Shown: piece by piece, positions 1 to 13,543 of the stretch
How the letters are laid out: the number at the start of each line of letters is the position of its first letter
Position numbering within the stretch: the stretch's first letter is position 1
Assembly (NCBI GenBank): GCA_013239625.1
Contig: MU054323.1
Coordinates: forward strand, 12,717,694-12,781,693
DNA from: Lama guanicoe
Taxonomy: Eukaryota
Reading direction: 5' to 3'
DNA length: 64,000 nucleotides
Program-made: the position numbers and the translations under genes
Notes under the pieces: model-generated
Databases searched by the model: none
The model's input: only the letters and a program-made list of their open reading frames with translations
What the model was told of the DNA's origin: nothing

Positions 1-133
1 CCATACTGTGGAATGCATTCACCTAATATTGAGGTTGTGCTTGTAAAGATAGGACTGCAGTCCACTAGAATTGGCTTGAAGCTTATAGACATTCTTCTGA
101 GAAATTGTGCAGCATCAGGCAGTGATCCCACAG
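1..133 (+). CDS. BIRC6: BIRC6 coding exon (5' part outside window)
   Basis: Frame 1 reads PYCGMHSPNIEVVLVKIGLQSTRIGLKLIDILLRNCAASGSDPT. Donor G|GTGACA at 134, phase 1, matches the next exon. Confidence 0.9.
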
Positions 134-394
134 GTGACAATTAATTTGATATTTTAATTTTTACATATCTGCAAAGTAAGGACAGTTGAACTATGTGATA
201 TTTGTGATTAATTCTATTTCTGAAATTAACTTCCATTATGGCTTGATTATTTTTAGAGTTTGTTTTTTATTGTTGCTGTTGCTGAAATTTACAGAAGAAT
301 TCTTATTAATGAATAATTTAAGATTAAATTGAGCATATCTTCTCATCCCATTTGCTTATTTAGCAAACTTTTCCTTTTGATTCTTTATTACAAG

Positions 395-503
395 ATTTGA
401 ATAGCCCTTTACTTTTTGGAAGACTGAATGGACTCTCTTCTGACTCCACGATAGATATTCTTTACCAGCTTGGAACAACTCAGGATCCTGGAACAAAAGA
501 CAG
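395..503 (+). CDS. BIRC6: BIRC6 coding exon
   Basis: Acceptor ttacaag|, reads DLNSPLLFGRLNGLSSDSTIDILYQLGTTQDPGTKD(R), donor AG|GTATGT. Phase 1 to 2. Confidence 0.92.
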
Positions 504-1454
504 GTATGTGATGATCTCATTTTTCATATAAGGACAGACACAATCACATGTAGTGAATGTTGTTTGTGGTGCTTTCTTTTTAGATCATTTCATAAAAGTT
601 AAGCTAAGACTGTTGATTATATCATACATTTAACTGTATACTTCACATAATGTAACTTTTAGAGATTTTCATGAATGTTAAAACACAAATTCTCTTAAAT
701 TTGGACATATTCGAATTTGAACTCAAATAGATCCTTACTTAGTATTGCTTTTGAGGAATGGATTGAGATAAAATACTGAATATATTTTTATGTCAGCTAT
801 GTTGTGATGAAATCTTTGTAAGTTGATTGGGTCATAATGATACTACCTTTCTTAGGTATTACTATACATATAGAAATATAGGAATAATGTGTCCATATTA
901 GGTACTTGGACTATTTTGATAATAATGTTTGTTTTTATTGATTTTTTAAAATAATTACATTATTTATTGGTTGTTTTTCATTAGCCTCTGTATTCTTTCT
1001 CCTGCTTCGTACCACAACGTGAAACAGTATCATACCAAGTAAATGTCTGAATGTTTCACCTAAATGTTTAGTGATCTTTCAGTATAGGTAATTTTAGATG
1101 AGTTTTACTAATGTAGTTCTTCCTTGGTATCTTCTACCTCCAAATTAATAAAGACTCCAAGTATTTTTTTAAGCGTGTTTTTATTGATAAATTTGGCATT
1201 CTCTGGTTTTATGTATATCATCTATATCACAAAAAAAATTTAGAGGTGTGACTCTATAAATAATATAAATAATCTTTATGTTAGAGATTATTTCCTGAGT
1301 TAATATGCTTTTAAATATATTGAATATTTTATATCCAGTTAATATCCTTTAATATTTTCATTAATTTATATTTAAAGTGAAATCATTTGGTATGTTATTT
1401 AATTTCTTACTTTGTAAATTATTAATAGATTATTAATTTTTTGGTGAGTGCTTA

Positions 1455-1560
1455 CTCATTTTGTATCTATTTACTGAGTAGCTGCTGTATGCCTTGCATT
1501 GTGCTAGATATTGGAGAGATCAAGTTAATTAAGTCCAACTTGTGCCCTCAGAATTGGGGA
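1455..1560. mobile_element. L2 3'-end fragment
   Basis: tttactgagtagctgctgtatgccttgcattgtgctag...tgccctcag resembles the L2 terminal motif. Confidence 0.5.
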
Positions 1561-2965
1561 GACAGGGCAGTGTCACTCACAGGGAAGATTTATGTAGGAC
1601 AGACTTAAGGGTATGAGTTAAAAGTACCAGGCAGTGAAGGCATCTGGGAAGATTGTTACTTAATCACTGATAATGTAATAGCTTTCAATTATTTTAGGCT
1701 CACTGCATTCAGGTTCTCTGTGTTAAAATATTTAAGGACATAATTAACAAAGTGAAATTTGCTTCAGCAGGATAGTTTCAAAATATTAAAAAGGCTAACT
1801 TTGTTTTCGTTAAGCTTTTTTGCTTTATAAAAAATGTATGGTAACTATGTTGTATTTAAAAATAGATTGGAATTTTTTTGACAAAGTAAATAGGAATTTG
1901 TGTCAAATTTGAATCATAATGGTTAATAGGATTAAAAATATACTTAAAGTTTTGCTAAATATTTTTCTAGAATAGGTTTCTTAAAATCCCTTATGATTAT
2001 TTAATTTTTAATTTTTTATCATCAGAAGAAAATTGCACTTAAAATTATTTTCTTTGTATAATGCAAATGTAAATACTTCACAATGCTTCAGAACTGACAT
2101 TAATGACAAGATTGTTGGTTGCTATGTAGAAAATGTTACTTTTCCCTGATTGTTTCACCCTTTTCCCTTTCTATGATTTGTCAGTATTTCTTGTCGTATA
2201 AAATATAAATGAGAGAGGGTAGAGAGAGGGATTAAGTAGTAGTATATATCTTCTGGCTCCCATTTCTTTTACCCTCAAGCAAAGAACCTTGTGCTCTAAA
2301 CTAGAGGAAACATTTCAAAGCAATCAAAACAAAGATACAGTGTTTTAAGAACTTGACAATAAATCTCAGTCCCCACACTCTTTTAAAATACAGACTCCGA
2401 GCGTTATTGCTTTAAAAAGTCTTTGGCTCTCATTTAGTGGTCCCCAGCTCTAGGGGATAGAGAATAGGATGGCCTTGAAAAGTACATATGTTAGGGCTAT
2501 TCTGTTGTCAAAGTGAAGGAGGGTGGGTGGCTGCTACTAGTATTTAATGGTTGGGGGCCATATTCATGAGCTTCTGCACAATGAAGAGTTGGCCCCAGAG
2601 CACTGTTCTGTCTTTTGTGGATTTGTTAGAAGATGAGAGAAAATTTAGAGGAGAGAGTAATTTTGTTAAGCTGTGTATCCTGTATTTCTAGACATTTATA
2701 TATTGTGTCATAAATAATGAAACAATGTTTGCTGAATTAGTGTTGTATTATCTCAAACATTTTCATCTCTTAAGATTTTAAGTTTATTGGAAAAGTAGAT
2801 TTACTGTGTCTGCTGATTGTATAATTCTTTTTCCTTCCTTTTTATCAAGAGCAAGTTGGATATGATTCTCATAAATACATTGCTTACATGCAGTAATGGT
2901 AGTTATCCATGTTAAATATCAGCTGTGGTATAATTAATTATTTGAATTTATTTTCTTCTTTTAAG

Positions 2966-3187
2966 AATTCAGGCCTTGTTAAAATGGGTCAGTGATTCTG
3001 CCAGAGTGGCTGCTATGAAAAGAAGTGGCAGGATGAGCTACATGGGCCCTAACTCTTCAACAATAGAGTATGGACTTTTGATGCCATCTCCTTCTCATTT
3101 GCACTGTGTAGCAGCGATTCTGTGGCACAGTTATGAACTGCTTGTAGAGTATGATTTACCAGCTCTGCTAGACCGAGAGCTCTTTGA
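2966..3187 (+). CDS. BIRC6: BIRC6 coding exon
   Basis: Acceptor ttcttttaag|, reads IQALLKWVSDSARVAAMKRSG...LPALLDRELF(E), donor GA|GTAAGT. 222 nt, phase 2 to 2. Confidence 0.95.
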
Positions 3188-4204
3188 GTAAGTATGGTTT
3201 GTGAAATCTTTTTTCCCCCCAGTACTAGATCACTTTAGGTTTTTACTTGATAAAACACATTTTACATAATTATTTGGATAAAAACAGTACTTTGAAAGTA
3301 GCAGTTAAGTATATAATCAGTAAAATTTTGGAATGAGATGCTACACAGATTTATTTATCTTCGTGTTTTAAGAAGCTGTATTAGTGTCACTGCTGCTTTT
3401 CCCACCTAAAATTGGAATGTTTAATGTCTGCTCCTGCAGTTGGTACTGTTTATTCTCTTCTGCAAATTTACCCATTGGATTCCTTTGTCTTTAATATGCA
3501 TCTTTGGAGGAAAAGTATTAGCTAAAGAAATTGAAAGACTCCTTTAGACAGTTTTTATAATTGGTTTTTACCTCTTTCTAGATAGCCGTTATGATTGTTC
3601 TTTTGTAAATAGTTTCCACTTAAGCCATATTTTTTCACCATACTCAGCTAAGGCTTTGCTGAGCTGACTGCCTGATAACTGCTAAATTTATAGCAAAATA
3701 TAATATAATATTTATTTCTAAAAGGTTCCATGACTCATGAAAAGTTGGTCTTTTGGCCTCTCGTTTTGTCATTTTCATTATTTGGTCCTACTGGTTGGCA
3801 TAACCGATTACTTACTAGTGAAACTCACTAATAGTTCTCAATTTGCAGACATGAATTGAAGCCATCAATCTTGTCAAATTCAGTCTAAATATTTCTTTCA
3901 TATAATTTTTCATTGTTGATGTCATTTTTTGAGATCACACAGAGAATGATAGAATCATTTTGATATAGATCTCTTGGTTTTCTGTATTAATTTTACAAGT
4001 CTAATCTAACTTCCAATCTATTTAACGAAGTATATATCACAAGCAATTTTCTTGAAATACTATGTCATAATATTTAATGTTAAACTGTATAACTTTCATC
4101 AGGGTGATTTCTAGTAGAATTATTTGATAGTGAGGTCTTTCTAAAAATATGTATTGTTAACGTGTAAATACATGTTGTTAACATGATGTCTTTTATTCCC
4201 CTAG

Positions 4205-4985
4205 GCTGCTTTTTAATTGGTCCATGTCTCTTCCCTGCAATATGGTTTTGAAGAAAGCTGTTGACAGTCTACTTTGCTCGATGTGTCACATACACCCAAG
4301 TTATTTCTCTTTGCTCATGGGCTGGATGGGAATCACCCCTCCTCCAGTGCAGTGTCACCACAGACTATCCATGACAGATGATAGCAAAAAGCAAGATCTT
4401 ACTTCATCCTTAACAGATGACTCTAAAAATGCACAAGCACCTCTTGCACTAACTGAATCACATTTGGCGACTCTTGCTTCCTCTTCTCAATCTCCAGAAG
4501 CTATCAAACAATTATTGGACTCAGGTTTGCCTTCTCTTCTTGTGAGAAGTCTGGCTAGTTTCTGTTTCAGCCACATCTCTTACTCAGAAAGCATTGCTCA
4601 GTCAATAGATAATTCCCAGGACAAACTCAGGCGTCATCACATTCCACAGCAATGTAATAAAATGCCTATCACAGCAGACCTGGTTGCTCCTGTTCTTAGG
4701 TTCTTGACAGAAGTTGGCAATAGCCATGTTATGAAAGACTGGCTCGGTGGGTCTGAAGTCAATCCACTATGGACAGCACTACTGTTTTTATTGTGTCACT
4801 CTGGGTCCTCTTCTGGAGGACATAATTTAGGTGCACAACAGACCAGCGCAAGGTCAGCTTCTCTTTCCCCGGCTGCTATGACAGGATTGACTACTCAACA
4901 GAGGACAGCGATTGAGAATGCAACTGTTGCATTCTTTCTGCAATGCATTTCCTGCCACCCTAATAATCAAAAGCTGATGGCCCAG
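4205..4985 (+). CDS. BIRC6: BIRC6 large coding exon
   Basis: Acceptor attcccctag|, reads LLFNWSMSLPCNMVLKKAVDSLL...HPNNQKLMAQ, donor CAG|GTAAGA. 781 nt, phase 2 to 0. Confidence 0.97.
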
Positions 4986-5559
4986 GTAAGAGTAGGAAAG
5001 CTGGCATATTGTAGGTGTCTTACTGTCTTTATATGCTATCACACAGCATTCTTGAAATTGGTTAAGCAAGGGGCATGTATTAAGTCCAGGTGATGATGAA
5101 GTTTGAGGTTGGGTGCATTTAAGGATCCAAATTTAAACCAGAATTAAACATAAGTACCAATATCTCCTTCCTTCTCAACTGTCACATAAATCAGTTACTC
5201 TTTTTGGTGGGATAGAGGGCAAATTCATGGAGCTTCTAGCTACAAATCATATATTCCTCCTTTTTAAAAACTCTCCCAAGTAGAAAGAATGACATGTCAG
5301 CTGCTGCAACAGGATTGACCACTCGAAGGTGATCACTGAGTGCCTCATCTTCAATGAGGCTTTGCATTTTGTGGTAACCAAGATGCTATAACTGTTGATT
5401 TGCTTCTAATGAAGCAGATATTAGACTAGGTTTCAGATAGGAGACTCCTGACAAATCACATTAAAAGCATGAAAGATCATTTTATTGTATTAAGCCCATG
5501 GGGCCAAAAATCTGAAAGCTGGAATTACCTCAAGAATAATTCTAGTTGCTTTTTGCCAG

Positions 5560-5725
5560 ATTCTAATCCTTTCTGGTTGTTGTGATCTTCAACAAATTGT
5601 TTAAACTATTAAATGGTGATAGTAGTACCTGCCTTTCAAAAGATTATATTTTTGGAGAGAATTAAATACTATAATGTATATGAAGTACCTAACATAGAGC
5701 CTGTCAGAGACATGGTAGATCCCAG
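5560..5725. mobile_element. MIR fragment
   Basis: MIR-like core: gtgatcttcaacaaattgtttaa...atagtagtacctgcc...aagtacctaacatagagcctg. Confidence 0.5.
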
Positions 5726-6375
5726 TACCTAGGAACCAGCTTCTCTTTTTACCCCCTTACTTGATAGTGCTTATTCAGGTGAAACTCTATTAATATCTGG
5801 AAGGATAGTTATCATAATTTTTAAAAAATACTGAATGATTTGAGAAGATACTTTATTGTCTTAAGTAATTATTGTGAAACTGCTTAATGTGCCTAATTTG
5901 AAAGAGATGTTTCAATTAGCAATCTTAACCAAGTTCTTGAGTATAGATGTTTGAAAATTTGGCTTGTATCTTTGATTAGGATGAAGCTTAATGCCTCATT
6001 GTTTTCTGGCCTAATTATCATCTCTTAATTTCTTTTAAGGCTTTGTTTCATACTTTTAATGTACTTTTTTTCAAGGTTTTTATTGTAACCACATTGATAT
6101 TGACTAAAATTAAAATTAACTTCGTTATTCTGGGCAGTTATTACGTGAAAGCACTGTAGTAACAACTTCTCTTATCCACAGAGATTTTTGTTGCACTTTT
6201 AGCTTTTTATCTACTTCTGTATATATATTTTAAAATGAAATAATATGTTCTTTAATTACTGGTTTGATGAATTCAAAGACACTTCTTAATCCACATTTAG
6301 AATTTTCTCTTTATTTAAAGTATAAAGCTGCAAATAAATACCACATTTAACTTTTAAAATCTCTTACCTTGCTAG

Positions 6376-6519
6376 GTTCTCTGTGAACTATTTCAGACAT
6401 CTCCTCAAAGGGGAAGCCTTCCAACATCGGGGAACATTTCAGGGTTTGTACGTAGATTATTTTTGCAGTTGATGCTGGAGGATGAGAAAGTGACAATGTT
6501 TCTTCAGTCACCCTGCCCA
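6376..6519 (+). CDS. BIRC6: BIRC6 coding exon
   Basis: Acceptor ccttgctag|, reads VLCELFQTSPQRGSLPTSGNISGFVRRLFLQLMLEDEKVTMFLQSPCP, donor CCA|GTAAGT. 144 nt. Confidence 0.95.
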
Positions 6520-6730
6520 GTAAGTATTTAACAATTAAATTAAATCTTAATGATAAGCTGTCTGTAAAGATGTTTTACATGTTCATATAAGAGCAGTTAT
6601 CTGTAATAATTTCTAATATAGCACAGTGAAACTAGCACAACCTTTATACTTAATGATAGGACTTGAAAATCTCAGCTAACCTTCTCGGTCTAGAATAACC
6701 TATTTATACCTTGCCATGAATGGCATAATT

Positions 6731-6877
6731 TTTGTTTGATTGATTGGGGGCAGAGGTAATTAGGTTTACTTATTTATTTATTTTTAGAGGAGTTACTGGG
6801 GACTAGGAACTGAACCCAGGACTTTGTGTATGCTAAGCATGTGCTCTACCACTTGAGCTATATTTCCTCCCCCCGCC
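6731..6877 (-). mobile_element. tRNA-derived SINE (camelid Vic-1-like)
   Basis: Reverse strand has A box (tagctcaagtgg), B box (ggttcagttcc) and an aataaataa tail. ccatgaat is repeated at 6714 and 6878 (degenerate TSD). Confidence 0.85.
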
Positions 6878-7119
6878 CCATGAATAGTAAAATTTGACTT
6901 GGGCAGGGAAATGACAGATTATTAGGTACAATCGTGCTAATGCAAAAGTTGACCAACACATCACATAGCAGATGTTCCACATTTGAAGAAATATAAAATA
7001 ATCTCTTTATATTCTGTATGCATTATTGAAGTTTTATTCTTTTATGCTTTTGAAATTGTTATATAATAGTATACATTTTAAAAAAATCAATTCTTGATTT
7101 CTTTTAAATTAATTTTCAG

Positions 7120-7249
7120 CTGTACAAAGGTAGAATTAATGCTACTAGCCATGTCATCCAGCATCCAATGTATGGAGCAGGCCACAAGTTCCGTACACTT
7201 CATTTGCCAGTCTCAACGACATTATCAGAAGTTCTTGACAGAGTATCAG
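7120..7249 (+). CDS. BIRC6: BIRC6 coding exon ending at a GC donor
   Basis: Acceptor ttttcag|, reads LYKGRINATSHVIQHPMYGAGHKFRTLHLPVSTTLSEVLDRVS, donor CAG|GCAAGT. Phase 0 to 1 fits the next exon (G|AT = Asp). Confidence 0.92.
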
Positions 7250-8859
7250 GCAAGTCCAGACTTAAATACTCTTTATTCTTTAACTTTATCTTAGATACAT
7301 GTGAAATTTTATTATTTTGTAGCTATTTTACTGCATTCACTCACCTCAGCCACCATTTAATAACTGGAAAAGGTTAAGATAGCTTCACTGTTTGAAGCAT
7401 GAGTAAGAAGCTGATGAAGTGCACAAAATGTACAGTATATTCCAGCACCAATATTTCTTCTGATGTGATGTATGTTATGTGTAGTAATGACAGAATGGGC
7501 AGTTGGAAAGTAGACAAGCTGTGGGAAGCCATTGATGGAGTTTTCTCTCGGTAAACCATCTGGCTGTTCTATGGTAGATGAATTACATTACAGCAGGTTG
7601 CATAACAGAATTCTAAGTACTAAGCATGTTCTAAATCTAGAGGAGAGGTGAGTGGTCAGTAGGTAGAATTGACTGGTGACCTTATTGTTTATAACAGTGA
7701 AGAAAACAGAGAGAATGTCCCCCTAAGTTTCTTGCCTTTATTTCGAAAGCTCTTACAGTGCCTTTAAACAGGATAGAAATTATTAAAGTAAGAGTATGTT
7801 TTTGAAGTAGAATGCAAGTTGACTGTGCTTAGTTTGAGTTTATTGCCTCTCAGAAATTCTAATCAGTGATGAATTCATTGAGCTTCTGCTATGTATAAGC
7901 ACAGTAATTGGTTCTAGGGATGTAAAAGGGAGCAAGACACATATTTTGGTGCTCAAAGTATTTATGATATTATGTATGTTGTCAAATTAAAAAATAAACT
8001 GACAATTTAAATGTTTGCATTCTGATTTAAATATAAATATGTTTCTATCTGTACACATTAGAGAGGGTACCTGAAGTCTTTAAGCAATACTGATCACTGA
8101 AGGAGTATCTCAGAAAAAAAACTGGCGTTATTTGTTTATTAGTTGGAAATAGAAATCTAAACTTATAATGAAAGACTGAGTTGAGGAGATTTGGGAGTTG
8201 TTACCATACATAGATGGTAAGTTAAACCATATAAATGGATATAATCACTTGGAGAAAATAAAGTAGAAAAGATTCTTTACCAGTTTTAGCCACTACATCT
8301 AACACAAGTGAGTAAAATTGAATTCTTTCCTACACTTTTACAAGTTACACAGTAAAATGTTAGAGTATATTATAAATGTGTAAGCTTTTTTTCTTACTTG
8401 AAAATATCTACCTTACCTGTTCCAGCTAACCTTTTATGAAAATTTGGTTTTACAAACTTTTTTCTAAATTTCAACTTTCCCAGACTCTTCCTTCTACAAG
8501 ATGAAGAACAAATTTATAACTAATTAATTAATTAAAAGAAGGAAGGAAGGAAGTGGGGAAGAGTACTGAAATTCAGTTTTTGAGATTTCATACAGTTCAC
8601 TTGGTAATGGGAAAGTGTACACATATTACAAAATAACTTGAAATTTAACACATTTTTATTTTTCTTTACAAATACTGAGTTTATTTTCTGTTTAGCAATG
8701 CTTTGTTCCTTTAAAGTGTATTTGTGATCTTTAGCCATATTTTATAATGTATTAACTTGTGCATATGTATTTTATTAACATACTTGAAAACAGATAATCC
8801 AAAAAATTTTAGTCAGTTATTTTACCCACCTCTTATAGCATTTGACTATATTGCTTTCA

Positions 8860-10135
8860 AATAATAGAGGTTATTTGTCAGTGTTTTTCCTTTTACAAGT
8901 TTTATCATTGTTTTTAAGCAATTTGGTAATTATTAAGTAATATGCCTTGTAGTTTTCTCAATGTTTCTTATGATTTGCGTTTTTGGACTTCCTTGAATCT
9001 GTGGATGTATAAATATCATCAAATTTAGAAGGTTTTTGGCTATTATTTTCCCAGATACATTCTGTCTCCCCATCACTCTCCTCTCTTTTTATATGTCCTT
9101 GTCTTCATTTAAAGTGTACAAGCTTTCATCTGTCATCTTAAATATATTGACCTGTTTATGTTGTTTTTCTTTTTTCTCCTTATTGTAGGGTGTGTGTTAT
9201 TTCTTCTGTATTTGCTTGAAAATTTTATTGGATGCCTGACAATGTGCTTTACTTTTCTGGGTCATGGTTATTTTTGTATTCTAATAAATACTTTTAATTT
9301 TGTTTTGAGATGTAGTTATATTACTTGAAAACAGTGTTACTTTTAGGGCCAGATTTTAAGCTTTTTAGGTGGGACCAGAGCAGCTTTTAATGCAGGGAAG
9401 AACTCACTGTGATGATGGAAATTTTTTATAAATCTACACTATCTGGTGCAGTAGCTTTTGAGCACATGGAATGTGTCTGGTGAGACCAAGAAACTATAGT
9501 TTTAATTTTAATGAACTTAATTTTAAATAGATACTGTATTGGATTAGTAATAGGGTACCACATTTGAAAACGGAGGTCTAAGGCTAATTTGGCCCTACTG
9601 CTGAGGTAATGTCCTTCTGAAAACTGTTAGGAATTCACTAGGGCATTGGGAATACTAGATTTTTTCTAATCCTTATTTTAGAGCCTGGGGTTGTCCCCTT
9701 GCTACTTTTGAGAAGTATTTTCCTTGCCTTTAGGTGATTTCCTTGTATGTAATGCTTGTCAGTTTGCACTGCAGACTTAGAGGAGATCCTCTATAGATCT
9801 CTGTGGCTCTCTGTCTATGCTGATCTCTCCTCCTTGGAGTGTGCCATGTGAAGTGCAGCCAAAACTGCCTTTGTCTTCCTGGACTCCTAGCTCTGTATCC
9901 TCACCTTGTGTGGTACCTGGGTTGTCCTGAGCTGTGGTCTGGGGAATTGCAGGAAGTAAGCTGATGCAATCGTAGGGCTCACCACATTTGTTTCCACTCA
10001 CTCAGGTGTCCTGTCCTGCCTCCTGATGCCCAGTATACTGAAAACCACTATATCATGTTCTCCTAACTTTTAGTTATTTAAGGTAGGAGAATACATCTGG
10101 TCTTTGTTATTTCATCTTGGCCAGAAGTGGAAATT
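8860..10135 (-). mobile_element. Old L1M fragments with a nested MER3-like piece (~9410-9560)
   Basis: T-rich L1-like text (ttcatc aaatttagaagg tttttggctattattt) and MER3-like gtgatgatggaaat...ctacactatctgg...gagcacatggaatgtg. Confidence 0.45.
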
Positions 10136-10447
10136 CAAATCCGAACAATTTCAAACAAACTTGAGAAAAACTTTTTCTTTCAGTATTTGAATGACATTTA
10201 TTGAGGTAGCATTATATTAACACTATTTCTTGTTTTTTAAAATTTTTATTTAGTTAGAAAACTTAGGTAACACAGTAATATGAAAATAAAGAATGTAAAT
10301 TCTTATCACCTAATGAGCTATGACTAATTGTGTGAATTTTTTTTTCTTAAATATTTCCCCGCTGACTTGTATAAGTATTTTTTGCCATTTTGGGTTGCTT
10401 GGTTGTTTCTGTGAGAAAGTAAAATGTATTGTTGCATTATGTATCTA

Positions 10448-11107
10448 CAGTGGTCCCCCTTTATATGCAGGTCATATGTTCTAAGACCCCCAGTGGATGC
10501 CTGAAGCCACAGACAGTAATGAACCCTGTATATGCTATGCTTTTTTCCATCCATCCATATTTATGATAAAGTTTTAATTTTAGGTGAGAACACAGTAAGA
10601 GAGTAACAACAATAACTATTAATAAAATAGAACAGTTATAATAATATACTGTAGTAAAAGTTCAGTGAGTGTGTCCTCTCTCCCTCTTTCTCTCTGTCTC
10701 TCAAAATAATTTTATTATACTGTGCTTACCCTTCTTGTGATAAGAGATGGTAAAATGCCTATGTGATAAAATGAAGTGAGGTGAATGGCACAGGTGTTGT
10801 GACGTAGCGTTAGGCTACTTTTGATACTCTGACAATACATCCAAAGGAAGAACAGAAGGAGGATCATCTGCCTTGGGTGATCCTGGCTGGGTTTTCCAGC
10901 CATGATGACTGACATCGATGATTAGATGTCAGGAGCAGACGGTGAGATAGTTGGGAATCCCAGGTTTGATGGAGCCAGTAGGCGTGAGATTTCATCGTGA
11001 TAGTCAGAACAGCAAGCAATTTATTTCTGGAATTTTTCATTTAGTATTTTCAGATCACAAGTAACTGAAACCGCAGAAATGAAACCGTAGATAAGAAGGA
11101 ACTACTG
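10448..11107 (-). mobile_element. MER44-type (Tigger7-related) non-autonomous Tc1/mariner element
   Basis: TA|cagtggtccccctttat ... ataagaaggaactactg|TA: terminal inverted repeats with TA target duplication and a MER44-like body. Confidence 0.85.
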
Positions 11108-12135
11108 TATTTACAGTGGTCAAATTTTTTTTTTTATAAGTATAGAAGCTGTCAAAAGGCAGTCATAGTTAGAAAGAAGTTCAAGAAATTGAGATTACTG
11201 GGATATTTTCAGATATTCAAAGAAAGCTACAAAATAGAAGATAATACAAAAGATACTGTTTTAAAATTTGATCATTTCACCTTTTTAACATTACAGTAAA
11301 GCACTGGATCATAATTGTGTTAAGTTAGAAAAATAAAAGAGAATCTGTGTCAGTTATACCCACTTAGTGAAAAACGTTCTTAATATCAAAACAGTTTATC
11401 CAGCTTTTTGGGTTTCTTAATGGTTAAATCAGATCATTTGTTTCATGGTTTATAATAGCATGTGATATTCAAGGAATTAAAGAAAATATTAATTATGAGA
11501 GTAATAACAATCTGTGAAAGTCCTTAGTATTCATTCTGGAAGTACTGTTAAAACATATTACTTTGTTATCTAAGATTCCTAACTAAAAACAACAAAACCA
11601 GAAATCTCTGTTACTTAAATTTGTTCCTTTATACCACCGTTTGTAGACTAAGTTCTAATGTAATGCTTTAGGGTGAATGCTGAGCTTGAATTCCATATTG
11701 CCCTTTACAGATTGTATCAGTAACCTTGCGAAGGCTATTTCCTTATTTGAAAACAGTATGCTTTCTTGATACACATGTTGTGAGAACTGAAATAGATGTA
11801 GGTAGCAGGCAAATTGAGCTATGTGTAAAATAAAGCAAATGTTTTTGGTAATGGTTTTTGCTGCCTCTAGAGGGGGTACTATTGTAATATGTAATATTTT
11901 CTAGAGATTGGAATTTAAGTATCCTGGCTTAAATTGATAAGCTCTCTCGTCTCATCGATAAAATCAGCAAGAATGGAATGTCAGACTTCCCCTTATAACA
12001 TTTCTTCAAAATTCACTTATGTTGCCTTTTTACTAGTGGTAATATAATCTTGTGTAATTATCCCCTAAGATATTCATTGCTTCCCTTCTTAATGATTTTG
12101 AAAAGCAATGTATTTTATGTAAAATTTTCTTATAG

Positions 12136-12267
12136 ATACACCAAGTATCACTGCTAAACTAATTAGTGAACAAAAAGATGACAAAGAAAAGAAGAACCAT
12201 GAAGAGAAGGAAAAAGTCAAGGCAGAAAATGGATTTCAGGACAATTACAGTGTTGTTGTTGCTTCAG
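12136..12267 (+). CDS. BIRC6: BIRC6 coding exon
   Basis: Acceptor ttcttatag|, reads DTPSITAKLISEQKDDKEKKNHEEKEKVKAENGFQDNYSVVVAS, donor CAG|GTATAC. 132 nt. Confidence 0.95.
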
Positions 12268-13089
12268 GTATACTTTCTTTTTTTCTCTATAATCTTGATT
12301 TTGTTTGGGTTTCTATAAAATGTAACAATTTATATTTACAGGAACTTCATGTAATAATAAGTATTAATGTAAAAAAGCTGGTGTGATGATGTCTTAATAT
12401 TACTTATTACTCAACTGTTGTACCAGAAATCCATTACTCTTTGGCACTGGAATTATTAAACTCATTTTATGCTCACCATATTTCATCAGATATGGAATAT
12501 GTGTAAATCATTTAGACGTTCCATTTCAGCTTGACAGTTTACAGACAGTTATACTCTTACAAGTCCCCTAAGTGTTAAGGAATTTTTCTATAACCTTGTT
12601 TTAAAAAAAAAAAGCTAAATGAAAAAGTATTCACTAGTTTTCGCTATGACATTGTGTTCATTACATAAATTAGAAAATAAAAATAGAAGAAAATTGGTTG
12701 AAAGATGAGTTTTTACTATTAGGTGCAGGAAGAAGGAAAAAATGGCCTAGATAAGTTATGATTTTGGAGGATATTTTCCTTAACAAAATTCTTAGTTCAG
12801 AAGAGAAGGCTCAGCCTAGATTACCTTACTCCTCAAACAAGAGACCTTTGTATTGGTTTAATCTATCCTACTCAGAGAAAAATTAAGAACACAGGATTTC
12901 CTAGACATATTTGCACAAAACTACTTTCTAGTAAATGGACAGTTATCTCTACATATCTCAGAGATATAGGAGTTAATAATATTTATACTTTCTTGAAAAG
13001 TAATTACAAATGCAGTCAGTTATTCATGTAGTATAATGAATGACAAATAGAATCAAGAGATCAGATTTTTGTTTGTTTGTTTGTTAATA

Positions 13090-13405
13090 GACTTTTTTTT
13101 TTTAAGGCAGTTCAGGTTCTCAGCAGAATTGAGCAGATAATACAGAGAGTTCCCACAAAGCCCTCCCCACCCACACATATATGCTCCCCTACCCTCAACA
13201 TTCCTCATCAGTGTGGCACATTTGGTATAATCGATGACCCAACATGTACACATTATTATCAACCAAAGTCCATAGTTAGGGTTCACTCTTGATGTTGTAC
13301 ATTCTATGGGTTTTGACAAGTGCATGATGACCTGTAGCCACCACTGTAGTATCATACAGAATAATTTCATTGCCGTAAAAACCCCTTGTATTCCATCTAT
13401 TCATC
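13090..13405 (-). mobile_element. L1MC/MD 3' end
   Basis: Poly-T then gcagttcaggttctcagcagaattgagcaga...aaagtccatagtt...gtacattctatgggttttgacaa. Confidence 0.75.
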
Positions 13406-13543
13406 TATTTAAATGAGAAGAAACTTTTCTATTTTTTGGCATTAGTTAGGAATACGGCACTTCAGTAATATATTGTAGAAATACACCTTTACTTCATTAA
13501 TGTGTTGGCTTTATAGACTCTTAGGGAATTTTTTTTCTTTTAG

